Part shown: positions 10,015 through 18,649 of the stretch, one piece after another
How positions within the stretch are numbered: the first letter of the stretch is position 1
Layout of the letters: the number at the start of each line of letters is the position of its first letter
The notes under the pieces: generated by a model
Told to the model about the DNA's origin: nothing
Databases searched by the model: none
What the model saw: only the letters and a program-made list of their open reading frames with translations
Program-made: the position numbers and the translations under genes
DNA from: Cuniculiplasma divulgatum
GTDB taxonomy: Archaea; Thermoplasmatota; Thermoplasmata; Thermoplasmatales; Thermoplasmataceae
Length of the DNA: 32,000 nt
Assembly: GCF_900083515.1 (NCBI RefSeq)
Contig: NZ_LT671858.1
Span: forward strand, 1 to 32,000
Direction of reading: 5' to 3'

Positions 10015-11502
10015 TTAGTGAAGAAAAACCCTTCTACCGGTAAAGTAAAGAGAGATTTCGTGTTTCTGACAGGATTCTATTACATCCTGATCCCTGATTG
10101 ATCCTCCCGGTTCAACAATGGCCGAAATACCATTTACTGCAGCCACATCAACATTATCAGAAAATGGCAGATACGCATCTGAGGCCATTATGGACCCCTT
10201 TGCCTTTTCACCTGCCCTGCTGCATGCTATTTTCGTTGCCTCAACGCGGGAGGTCTGACCGGCACCAACACCAACTGTAACACAGTTCTTTGTCAGTACA
10301 ACAGCATTGCTTCTGCAATGGGCTGCTATTTTCCACGCAAACTCTATCTCTCTGGATGAAAATTCTCTTCTGGTCTTAACTACCTCTTTCATCTGATCTA
10401 TGCTTGTATTCATTCTTGTCTGTTCAAGAATTCCATTAAAAAGCGTTTTAAAGTTCCTATCAGGTCCATTGCCAGAATATTTTATCATCCTGATATTTTT
10501 CTTTTTTCCTATAAGTTTCCTAGCATCACTGTCAAAGTCCTTTGCGATTATTATCTCTACGAATAGATCTTTTATTGCCTCTGCCACTCTTTTATCTGCA
10601 TTACCATTAATGCATATAACCGATCCATAGGCAGATTCTCTATCTGCTTCTATAGCTTTCTCCAGAGCATCTCCATGGTCAATCCCAGTTGCCGCACCAC
10701 AGGGAGTATTATGTTTTATAACAACTGCGAATGGATCTGAGAAATCGAGAGCTGTCTCAATAGCTGAAGATGCATCGACGTAATTATTATACGACATCTC
10801 TTTCCCGTGGAAGACCTCCATCTCTCCATACTCTGGAATTTCATAGATAAAACCTTCCTGATCCGGGTTTTCACCATATCTAAGTTTCTTTCCATTTTCG
10901 AGTTCAATTAGTTTTATGCTTCCTGCATCATTGAGGGAATTATATATCATCATGTCATATTTGTAGGTTAGTTTAAAAGCGTCTAGGGCAAGTTTTTTTC
11001 TGGTTTCTTCCCTGATCGTCCCATGGTCAGCAATGTCTTTCTTTACAAGTTCATAATCATTCCTGTTTTTTACTACTGTAACTCTTTTCCAGTTTTTAGC
11101 TGCTGCTCTTAATAAGGAAACCCCTCCAATATCTATGTGCTCAATTTTTTCATCCTCTGTTCCATTTATATATTTACTGAAGTCGTATAGATTGCACATA
11201 ACTATATCGAAGGGAAAATAGCCCTTTTCTTTAACTTGCCTTTTATCTTCATCACTATCACGCATTAATATTCCAGAAAAAATAGCCGGGTGCAGTGTCT
11301 TGACCCTTCCACCAAGTAAATCATCAAAGCCAGTCAATTCAGAAATGGAAAGGCTTCTCACACCGTGTTCTTCAAGGTATTTTCTGGTACCATCTGACGC
11401 ATATATTTTCTCTATCTTTCCATTTATCGCCTTAAGAAACTCATCTGATCCTGATTTATCCGTCAGGGATGCAAGCACATTCATGATCTCTAAGCACTTC
11501 AT
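10015..11502 (-). CDS. purH: Bifunctional AICAR formyltransferase / IMP cyclohydrolase
   Basis: MGS-like N-terminus (LASLTDKSG, GGRVKTLHPAIFSGIL), an AICARFT domain, and C-terminal FTGRRVFLH. The likely real start is the second ATG at 11484 (MNVLASLTDK). A TATA-like tattaaaa (minus strand, 11503-11510) lies 22-23 nt upstream of it. Confidence 0.92.
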   Translation of the reverse strand: MKCLEIMNVLASLTDKSGSDEFLKAINGKIEKIYASDGTRKYLEEHGVRSLSISELTGFDDLLGGRVKTLHPAIFSGILMRDSDEDKRQVKEKGYFPFDIVMCNLYDFSKYINGTEDEKIEHIDIGGVSLLRAAAKNWKRVTVVKNRNDYELVKKDIADHGTIREETRKKLALDAFKLTYKYDMMIYNSLNDAGSIKLIELENGKKLRYGENPDQEGFIYEIPEYGEMEVFHGKEMSYNNYVDASSAIETALDFSDPFAVVIKHNTPCGAATGIDHGDALEKAIEADRESAYGSVICINGNADKRVAEAIKDLFVEIIIAKDFDSDARKLIGKKKNIRMIKYSGNGPDRNFKTLFNGILEQTRMNTSIDQMKEVVKTRREFSSREIEFAWKIAAHCRSNAVVLTKNCVTVGVGAGQTSRVEATKIACSRAGEKAKGSIMASDAYLPFSDNVDVAAVNGISAIVEPGGSIRDQDVIESCQKHEISLYFTGRRVFLH

Positions 11503-11752
11503 TTTTAATATGCTTTAAGAATTTCAACATCAAAATGATGCTGTGTTCATTTTGTGAATTTAAAGTTAGCGCGAATAATATAATGAATAATCGTACGATC
11601 AACAGTCTCTAACTATTGGTGAAACGATGAGAATTGTGTAATATTATAGCAACTATATTACTGGTAGTAATGGTAAATATGTTTCTGTAATTTATTTTTA
11701 AAGTTGACAAAAGATTTTATAAAAAAGAAATCTTAGCGGTTTAGGTAAACAA

Positions 11753-12955
11753 ATGGTTAGAAATATTTCAGTTGAAGCAATCAACCAGGTTCCAACACAC
11801 CTCAGAGGCGTGGAACTAGTAGAAAGAAAAGGCCTTGGTCATCCAGATAGCGTATCAGACGGAATAGCAGAGTCAGTAAGCAGAGAATTGAGTAAATATT
11901 ACATAAAGCACTTTGGAAAAATTCTGCATCACAACACCGATCAGGTGGAACTCGTGGGAGGACAGTCAGCACCTAAATTCGGTGGTGGAGTAGTTCTTGA
12001 TCCTGTATACATTCTGCTGAGCGGAAGAGCAACAACAACAGTTGATGGTGAGAGAATTCCAGTTAAAGCAGTTGCAATTAAGGCTGCAAAGGAATATCTG
12101 CAAAGCAATTTCAAGCATCTGGACATGGATAGTGATATCATGATAGATTCCAGAATAGGGCACGGTTCAGTTGATCTGAGAGATGTTTATGATACAACAA
12201 AACACAGGGCCAACGACACTTCATTTGGTGTAGGTTTTGCACCATTTACAGACACGGAAAAGCTTGTAAAGGGAACAGAGAAATTCATTAACGGAGAAAT
12301 GAAGAAGAAGTTACCAGCTATTGGTTATGATATTAAGGTAATGGGTTATAGACAGGATAAGACAATCAACCTGACAGTAGCGGCTGCATACGTTGACAAG
12401 TATGTCAAGGACAGCAACGAATACTTCGCCATAAAAGAACAGTTCCAGCAGCTAGTTGAGGATAACGCGAGCAAGATATCAAATGAGGATGTCAATATAT
12501 TTATAAACACAGCAGACAAAGATGGAGATAAGATCACAAGCCATTATCTAACAGTAACTGGTCTTTCCCAGGAGAATGGAGATGACGGATCTGTCGGAAG
12601 GGGAAACAGGGTAAACGGAATCATAACTCCTTACAAGCCAATGAGCATGGAAGCAGCAGCAGGAAAGAACCCAGTAACTCACGTAGGAAAATTATACAAC
12701 GTTCTTTCAAACAAGATTGCTGAGCACGTTGTCAAGGAAGAAGGCGGTGACGTGGTAGAAGTACTTGTCAGGATTGTTTCACAGATAGGAAGAAGCATAG
12801 ACAATCCTCACGTAGCAAGTCTCCAGATCATTTATGGGGATAATGTTGATCCTTCAAAGCACAAGAAAAACATAGAAGCTATTACAGATCACGAGCTGGA
12901 ACACATATTTGATCTGACACAGGGATTTGTTGAGGGAAAAATACCAGTATTCTGA
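11753..12955 (+). CDS. mat: Archaeal-type S-adenosylmethionine synthetase (methionine adenosyltransferase)
   Basis: 400 aa. N-terminal VERKGLGHPDSVSDGIAES. The length and overall pattern are typical of the archaeal MAT class. Confidence 0.9.
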   Translation: MVRNISVEAINQVPTHLRGVELVERKGLGHPDSVSDGIAESVSRELSKYYIKHFGKILHHNTDQVELVGGQSAPKFGGGVVLDPVYILLSGRATTTVDGERIPVKAVAIKAAKEYLQSNFKHLDMDSDIMIDSRIGHGSVDLRDVYDTTKHRANDTSFGVGFAPFTDTEKLVKGTEKFINGEMKKKLPAIGYDIKVMGYRQDKTINLTVAAAYVDKYVKDSNEYFAIKEQFQQLVEDNASKISNEDVNIFINTADKDGDKITSHYLTVTGLSQENGDDGSVGRGNRVNGIITPYKPMSMEAAAGKNPVTHVGKLYNVLSNKIAEHVVKEEGGDVVEVLVRIVSQIGRSIDNPHVASLQIIYGDNVDPSKHKKNIEAITDHELEHIFDLTQGFVEGKIPVF

Positions 12956-12976
12956 TCTGGCATTTTCCAAAATAAC

Positions 12977-12986
12977 TTTTTCTTTT
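12977..12986 (+). terminator. Oligo-T tract downstream of the SAM synthetase gene
   Basis: tttttctttt lies 22-31 nt after the stop codon. Archaeal terminators are typically oligo-T. Confidence 0.35.
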
Positions 12987-13282
12987 CATAATTCTATTAA
13001 ACTCATGGTAATTTTCTCAAAGTGAAAAAGTCGTTTTTCGGATAAATATTATCCTGCCTGTAGAAGTAATCAATATATCACCATAATAATTGTTGATCGT
13101 GTATTCGCTGATTCAATAATACCCTGAGAAGTTGTCATTAATAGAACTTATAACGTATGTATAACTTTTTATCTCTTTTAAATTAAATTTTGTAATTTAA
13201 ACCCGTTTTAATTCCTTGAGTTAAATGTTGTGTCTACTCAATCAAAATGGAAAAAATTAAGCCCGATTGAAGATGATCTATC

Positions 13283-14077
13283 ATGAGTAGCGAGACCACG
13301 AAATTCGATGTTATAAACGATGGAACATTTTCTCTTGATCCGGGTGCTGCTTTCGGAGTTACGCCTAAAAATGTATGGTCAAAAGAATTTCAGCCGAATG
13401 AAAATTACAGAATAAGCCTTAACTGCAATATATGTGTAATTTCTATGGACGATAAGCATTACCTGATAGATTCAGGCATTGGAAATAATCCTGGAAAGTA
13501 TCTGGAGAAATGGTTCGAGGCAAAACCCAACAGGAACCTTGAAAATTATATGAAAAAAAATGGAATTGAGAAATTTGAGGCAATTTTTCACACACATCTT
13601 CATTTTGATCATATGGGACACTCCTTTACTGACCTGTCAGAAAGTAAATCGTATGTGCACCATCTGGAGATTGAAAACTTTAGAAAACCTGAAGACTTCG
13701 CAGCAGCCAGTTATACATACAAAAGCAGTGAACCAGACGTTTCAAATCTTATTCCTCTTTTTTCCGATACTAGAACGGGGAATTTTGAATTGATTCATAC
13801 GGGAGGTCATACAACAGGACATATGGCAATAATTTTTCATAATGAAAGTCTTAGATTGATGTTTCTTGGTGATCTTGCACCGACTACCTTCCAGCTAAAA
13901 CCTACGAGATTAACTGCCATAGATTCAGAACCTCTAAAATCAATGAACGCAAAGAAGATCCTTCTAAAAAAGGCGATCAGGGAGGAATTTACCCTTGTAA
14001 TGAGTCACGATCAAAAGAATGAGATAGTAACGGTAAGTGGAGATGCAGACGATCCAAAATACAGGAGTATTTTTTAG
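13283..14077 (+). CDS. MBL-fold metallo-hydrolase
   Basis: 264 aa. HxHxDH motif (HTHLHFDHMGH) and a later GGHTTGH metal-ligand motif. Confidence 0.75.
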   Translation: MSSETTKFDVINDGTFSLDPGAAFGVTPKNVWSKEFQPNENYRISLNCNICVISMDDKHYLIDSGIGNNPGKYLEKWFEAKPNRNLENYMKKNGIEKFEAIFHTHLHFDHMGHSFTDLSESKSYVHHLEIENFRKPEDFAAASYTYKSSEPDVSNLIPLFSDTRTGNFELIHTGGHTTGHMAIIFHNESLRLMFLGDLAPTTFQLKPTRLTAIDSEPLKSMNAKKILLKKAIREEFTLVMSHDQKNEIVTVSGDADDPKYRSIF

Positions 14078-14121
14078 AGCCTTTAATTCAAATAAGTAAA
14101 ACTGGGAATATTTGCAGTCTA

Positions 14122-14361
14122 TTAGCTTTTAACACTATTTATTCTCAGCTCTGTATATTTTCTCAGGGTCATTATACCCCAGGCCAGTTCTATAACACCG
14201 AAGGGCCAGGCACCAGAGAGAAAACCATAGGATGATGAGAAAAAGCAAGTAAGTCCAAAGAGAAGTGTGTAAATTTTCCCATACTGTTCTCGAAAATAGA
14301 AGACCATCATTATTATAAGGACTATAGCCCCATAAATATTGACAGGAGATAGAAAATCCAT
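14122..14361 (-). CDS. Small hydrophobic membrane protein (2-3 TM), unknown function
   Basis: 79-aa ORF with clear hydrophobic segments. A TATA-like ttttaatt lies about 24 nt upstream on the minus strand. Confidence 0.5.
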   Translation of the reverse strand: MDFLSPVNIYGAIVLIIMMVFYFREQYGKIYTLLFGLTCFFSSSYGFLSGAWPFGVIELAWGIMTLRKYTELRINSVKS

Positions 14362-14503
14362 ATCATTGCATAATAACCAAGAATTAAAAGGTTATACATT
14401 TAATTTGAATTATAATATCTCGAAAAAAACATTCTCAGAGGAGGCATTGAGGTAAATTTATCGCAAACAACATTATTATATCTTTAGAAGTGATGGTTTT
14501 ACG

Positions 14504-15034
14504 TTGGTAAGCGCTATAAAAAAAGATGTGAGGATAGGTTATGTCTATCTTCATCAGGATGATCCAGCAAAATCAACCATGAAGAAATTACAGAAATTCA
14601 AAATGGCCGAACAGATAAACAGAGACAGGATGGGTGGATATGTTGTATTGAGGTATGACGCAGATAGGACATTATTGCCAGATGACAGATCGGCCGTAGA
14701 AAGAAAAGGCATTTGCATCATAGAAGGTTCATGGAATCTTGGAGACCTTCTTGGCTCCTACAGAAAAGGAATTGAGAGAAAACTCCCTGTTCTGATGGCA
14801 GGCAATCCTGTTAATTTTGGAAAGTTCAATAAACTATCATCAGTCGAGGCGGTAGTAGGGGCTCTTTTTATAACGGGGCACATAGATCAGGCAAAAGTTA
14901 TGATAGGAAAATTCACATGGGGGCACACATTTATTGAACTGAACATGGAACTGTTTAAGTCCTATTCAGCGTGCCAGACCATGGAGGACCTTGAAAATGT
15001 TTATCTTGAATTTGACATAGATCCTAATATTTGA
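14504..15034 (+). CDS. tsr3: 16S rRNA aminocarboxypropyltransferase Tsr3 (DUF367)
   Basis: 176 aa. VYLHQDDPAKSTMKKL and LMAGNPVNFGKFNKLSSVEAVVGALFITGH match the Tsr3 family pattern. TTG start at 14504 (GTG 14528 is an alternative). TATA-like attattata at 14472-14480. Confidence 0.85.
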   Translation: MVSAIKKDVRIGYVYLHQDDPAKSTMKKLQKFKMAEQINRDRMGGYVVLRYDADRTLLPDDRSAVERKGICIIEGSWNLGDLLGSYRKGIERKLPVLMAGNPVNFGKFNKLSSVEAVVGALFITGHIDQAKVMIGKFTWGHTFIELNMELFKSYSACQTMEDLENVYLEFDIDPNI

Positions 15035-16415
15035 TCCATTTACTATTATCCAGTTTCCAGTTACCGTTTGTATATTCCGATATTATTGAATATATGCCTT
15101 CCCTATACTCCACAGGTATTTGTTCCATTATTTCAGTCTCTCCCGGAAGCAAATGGATTCCCGTAATTTGTGTATTCATGTCGTAGTCTCCGCTTTGAAG
15201 ACCGTCTGTTAAAAATTCCAGTTCATCGGGATCTAGTTTCATTTTTTCCTCCTTTACCATATCAAGGAGATTGGTCTTCAAAGGATAGTGTATTTCCTCA
15301 GGGTCACCGTGAGCGTATTCAATAAATAATCTAACACCCAGACATTTAGTGCATTTTCCACATGGATAAACATCACCATTCTGATACCTGCATGAGTGGC
15401 ATGATCTCTGTAGTAAGTAAAGATCATGATACCTGTTTACCAGTATATCTTCAACCACAGAGCCATATATATCGTAAAGGGCTGACCACAGTGTTATCCC
15501 GAAACCTTTTTCCTGTGTATATTTTGAAAATCTCCTCTGAAAATCAGGACTCTGATCGTACACGCCATAATAATGCTTTATTCCCCTGTATGGAGGCTCT
15601 TCTGCTGGATCGTCCATTTCATTTCCCATTATAATATCCTTTATCCCCTTTAACCTGAGAGAGGGAAATGTTGCGAACAGATAAACTGGAAATAGGAAAA
15701 GCTGTACAGGATAGTCATCAGCCCAGGAAAATGATACAACAGGATCAAGAATCGGCATCCTGTGATTCATGAAATTATAAAATCTATCAATGTTTGACCA
15801 GACCCTCGCACTCTCAGTGACCCTGCTGAGATAATCATGTGAATGCTTGGCTGCTTTCCAGTGACCTCCCGATTCATTGAAGAAATACGGCAGCGCATTT
15901 CCAGTAAGCTCCCTCATAATTCCATATGAGAGAAGGCTTTCCTTCCCTCCAGATAGCATTATTGCAGATCTGCCATTAGGGCTTCCCGAATAATTATCAA
16001 CATATTCAGACCTAAATGTGAGTTTTGTATTTCCATTTGCATTCTCCTGTGTAACTTCTTCATCTGCAGGTAAAAATTCGTTCCTGAAGAAAGGGTATCT
16101 TATCCTGCAGAGACGGTTTATAAAAACTTCAACATTATTGATTTTAACCATTTCCTCTATCATTTTTCTGTCCGACTCAGAAGTTGGGAAATCAAATATA
16201 ATTTCCCCGGTAAATAATGCATAGTTTATGACAGCTGTAGCGCCCATTAGACCTGCGAGATTTTCATTGAGTTCAACTTCATGATCATACTTATATTCAA
16301 GAGTGAATTTTTCTCTGTTATCCAGGGATATATTGATCTTTGCAAAATTTTTAGAAAAAGAATGCACACTTATCTCAAGTGTTTCAAAGCACCTGATCCT
16401 GTCGAGGAAAGGCAA
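15024..16415 (-). CDS. QueC-like PP-loop ATP pyrophosphatase with unrecognised N- and C-terminal extensions (function unknown)
   Basis: 463 aa. PP-loop SGGKES (res 155-160, nt 15936-15953). Cys knuckle SCHSC-x9-CGKCTKC (res 338-358, nt 15342-15404) resembles the QueC zinc site. TTG start 2 nt after the upstream stop. Confidence 0.6.
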   Translation of the reverse strand: MPFLDRIRCFETLEISVHSFSKNFAKINISLDNREKFTLEYKYDHEVELNENLAGLMGATAVINYALFTGEIIFDFPTSESDRKMIEEMVKINNVEVFINRLCRIRYPFFRNEFLPADEEVTQENANGNTKLTFRSEYVDNYSGSPNGRSAIMLSGGKESLLSYGIMRELTGNALPYFFNESGGHWKAAKHSHDYLSRVTESARVWSNIDRFYNFMNHRMPILDPVVSFSWADDYPVQLFLFPVYLFATFPSLRLKGIKDIIMGNEMDDPAEEPPYRGIKHYYGVYDQSPDFQRRFSKYTQEKGFGITLWSALYDIYGSVVEDILVNRYHDLYLLQRSCHSCRYQNGDVYPCGKCTKCLGVRLFIEYAHGDPEEIHYPLKTNLLDMVKEEKMKLDPDELEFLTDGLQSGDYDMNTQITGIHLLPGETEIMEQIPVEYREGIYSIISEYTNGNWKLDNSKWIKY

Positions 16416-16417
16416 GA

Positions 16418-17452
16418 CTAAAACCCGGAAACTATGATTTCTGCCATTCTTTTTGAATCGAACAGAGGATCAAAAGCAGGGAGGCCATACCTGCTTTCCA
16501 GGTCTTTCTTAGCATCACTAATCTCCTTTTCAGTCAGTCCTTCTCTGTTAATTGCTATGCCCATAACCTTTTTGTCTGATAACTCTTCAAGTATCCTGAT
16601 GAATTTTTCAACAGGTGGGATTTTAATTCCTGGAAAGCCATCATAATCAATTCTCGTCGGGGCGTGCTGTAATATTATGCCATCTGGCTTCCCTGCTGCT
16701 ATTATTTCAAAACTTCCTGGGTATGCAGGGTGCAGAACTGAGCCCTGTCCCTCAAGGAACATGAAATCTGGTGATTCCTTCTCCCATGCTTCAACTATGG
16801 CACTTTCTATCCCACCGGCAACGAAATCGTTTATCATTGAATCTATTACCACTGTATAGGGAAATCCCTGCATCCATGCTGTCTGGCCTGTACCTATCAT
16901 GACCGAACTCTTACCTAGCTTTTTCACCTCTTCGTTCAGATAAACTGCAGTAGTTCTCTTTCCTATGGCACTATCAGTACCCAGTACTGCAATCTTTTTA
17001 GATTTTACATCCCAGATCTTGCCTGTAAAAAAGTCTCTTCTCATCATAAACATTTTCCTAACATCAACTATCTCGGAACCAGATTGTTCACTGAGTTTTT
17101 TGAATTCTGGGTCATCTGAAATGAACTGGTGAAGTCCACTAACAACAGTCATCTTCTCCCTTATTGCCCTTGATACAAACGGTCTGAAATATTCAGGGAG
17201 AAAGCCTCCATCCGTTGCAACACCAACTATCAGGGTATCGGCACCCAGATCTATGGCTTCTCCCATTGTTGAAATGATCTTTATATCTGGTCTTGCCTTA
17301 GGTACAATCTCCTGTATGCTGGCTCCTGAATGGGTACTATCTATGACACCCAATATATCATAACGCTTTGAAAATCTGCACAGGCCATTTGCAGTTTTGC
17401 CATATGTAGACCCAAGGAAACCCTCGGCAAGTATAACCGCTTTATCCATCAA
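16418..17452 (-). CDS. DUF1611-family protein (DgcN-like; Rossmann-like N-domain + P-loop-like C-domain)
   Basis: N-terminus AVILAEGFLGSTYGKTANGLCRF and the glycine-rich loop VLGTDSAIGKRTTAVYL..IGTGQTAWMQG match the DUF1611 pattern. The probable start, ATG 17449, shares its A with the upstream TGA (TGATG). Confidence 0.75.
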   Translation of the reverse strand: MMDKAVILAEGFLGSTYGKTANGLCRFSKRYDILGVIDSTHSGASIQEIVPKARPDIKIISTMGEAIDLGADTLIVGVATDGGFLPEYFRPFVSRAIREKMTVVSGLHQFISDDPEFKKLSEQSGSEIVDVRKMFMMRRDFFTGKIWDVKSKKIAVLGTDSAIGKRTTAVYLNEEVKKLGKSSVMIGTGQTAWMQGFPYTVVIDSMINDFVAGGIESAIVEAWEKESPDFMFLEGQGSVLHPAYPGSFEIIAAGKPDGIILQHAPTRIDYDGFPGIKIPPVEKFIRILEELSDKKVMGIAINREGLTEKEISDAKKDLESRYGLPAFDPLFDSKRMAEIIVSGF

Positions 17453-18402
17453 TTTCCCCTTCCAGTCAATACGGCAACTACCTCTCCACTGACATTTCTG
17501 TTATTTAAGTTCTTATGGGCTGCTGCCAGTGCTGATGCAGAGGCTGGAAGAACCTGAATAGATTGTTGATTCTCTATCATCCTTGAAAACTTCACCATTT
17601 CCTGATCGTTAACTCCTATTGCAACGCCTTTACTTTCATAAATTGCGTTAAGTGCTTTTTGGCCATCCATGGCACGGAATGAAACCAGTGGTTCGTTGGT
17701 TTCTGTCTCAATTATTGTTGATGGTTCCAGTTCCTGAATCTTCCTGAATCCGTGTTTCCATGAATACACGATAGGATTACCAAGAGATGTAGAAGAAGCA
17801 ATGAATTTTGGGATATTACTGATCATTCCCCTCAGGTACAGTTTTTTGAAACCGCTGAATATCCCGGCAAGTGTTGTTCCATTACCCACTGGCGCCGCCA
17901 AATAGGCTGGTGAATGTCCTAGCTGCTGTACTATCTCATTTGCAATACTCTCGTAACCAAGTATATCAACTATTGAATTTACCGAGCCAGGACTGCAGTC
18001 ATACCAGTTCTCATCCCTCGATTTGTCCTTGATATATTCAACAAGATCCTCATATTTCATGTTTTTCTGTATGATCTTTGCTCCGTTTCCATAAATTTCA
18101 TCACTTCTTGCGTTAGTGTAGAAGGATGGAATTGCAACAACGGATTTGATTTTATATGCAGAAGCAAAATAAGATACAGATGCCCCGTAATTACCACATG
18201 TTGCAACTGCGATGGTATCATAACCTAATTCTATAGCCCTCCTAACATGAAGGCTTGAGATCCTGTCCTTTTGGGTTCCTGTAATGCTGGCACCTTCAAA
18301 CTTAAAAAAAATCTTATTCATTTTCAGGAACCTCTCTATATTTCTGGCCCTGAAAAGAGGTGTCAATCCAGGAGGCTTTTCTTCCTCTGTAATCTGTTCC
18401 AT
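17449..18402 (-). CDS. Fold-type-II PLP-dependent enzyme (threonine synthase / Trp-synthase-beta superfamily), specificity unknown
   Basis: 317 aa. Schiff-base lysine motif SITGTQKDR (K45), glycine loop PVGNGTTLAG, and the size typical of short PALP enzymes. Confidence 0.75.
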   Translation of the reverse strand: MEQITEEEKPPGLTPLFRARNIERFLKMNKIFFKFEGASITGTQKDRISSLHVRRAIELGYDTIAVATCGNYGASVSYFASAYKIKSVVAIPSFYTNARSDEIYGNGAKIIQKNMKYEDLVEYIKDKSRDENWYDCSPGSVNSIVDILGYESIANEIVQQLGHSPAYLAAPVGNGTTLAGIFSGFKKLYLRGMISNIPKFIASSTSLGNPIVYSWKHGFRKIQELEPSTIIETETNEPLVSFRAMDGQKALNAIYESKGVAIGVNDQEMVKFSRMIENQQSIQVLPASASALAAAHKNLNNRNVSGEVVAVLTGRGN

Positions 18403-18448
18403 TATTTAATACACCGACCACTCGGTCATGTAATGATGAGTACATTCT

Positions 18449-18456
18449 ATTTAAAT
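18449..18456 (-). promoter_or_regulatory. TATA-like box upstream of the PLP/DUF1611/PP-loop operon
   Basis: The palindromic atttaaat is centred 23.5 nt upstream of a mini-ORF ATG at 18429, not of the main ATG at 18402. Confidence 0.3.
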
Positions 18457-18649
18457 ATATCTTATAAAAATTTCAATATATCTATAATCAGCAAATTGGC
18501 TGTTTTCCAAGAGTTTTAAATATCTATTCATATAAATGTATAAATAATTATATTGTATATTTTATTTTTAAAATTCTTAAATATTTTTGTACTATTCAGG
18601 TCTAAAAGATATTTCTAATAAACCAAAAAAATGAGAGGATTGGAGATGT

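Noticed and set aside
11711-11734. 7-bp inverted repeat AAGATTT/AAATCTT bracketing the TATA box of the SAM synthetase gene
   Set aside because: The arms are short and AT-only, so chance is plausible in this composition. I kept it only as a note.
11503-11752. Possible riboswitch or small RNA in the 250-bp purH / SAM synthetase spacer
   Set aside because: I could find no GC-rich paired segments, conserved riboswitch cores or C/D boxes on either strand. The SAM synthetase leader appears to be only about 10 nt.
18431-18437. C-box-like ATGATGA that might indicate a C/D-box sRNA
   Set aside because: No D or D' box (CTGA), no C' box and no terminal stem lie within 40-70 nt on either strand.
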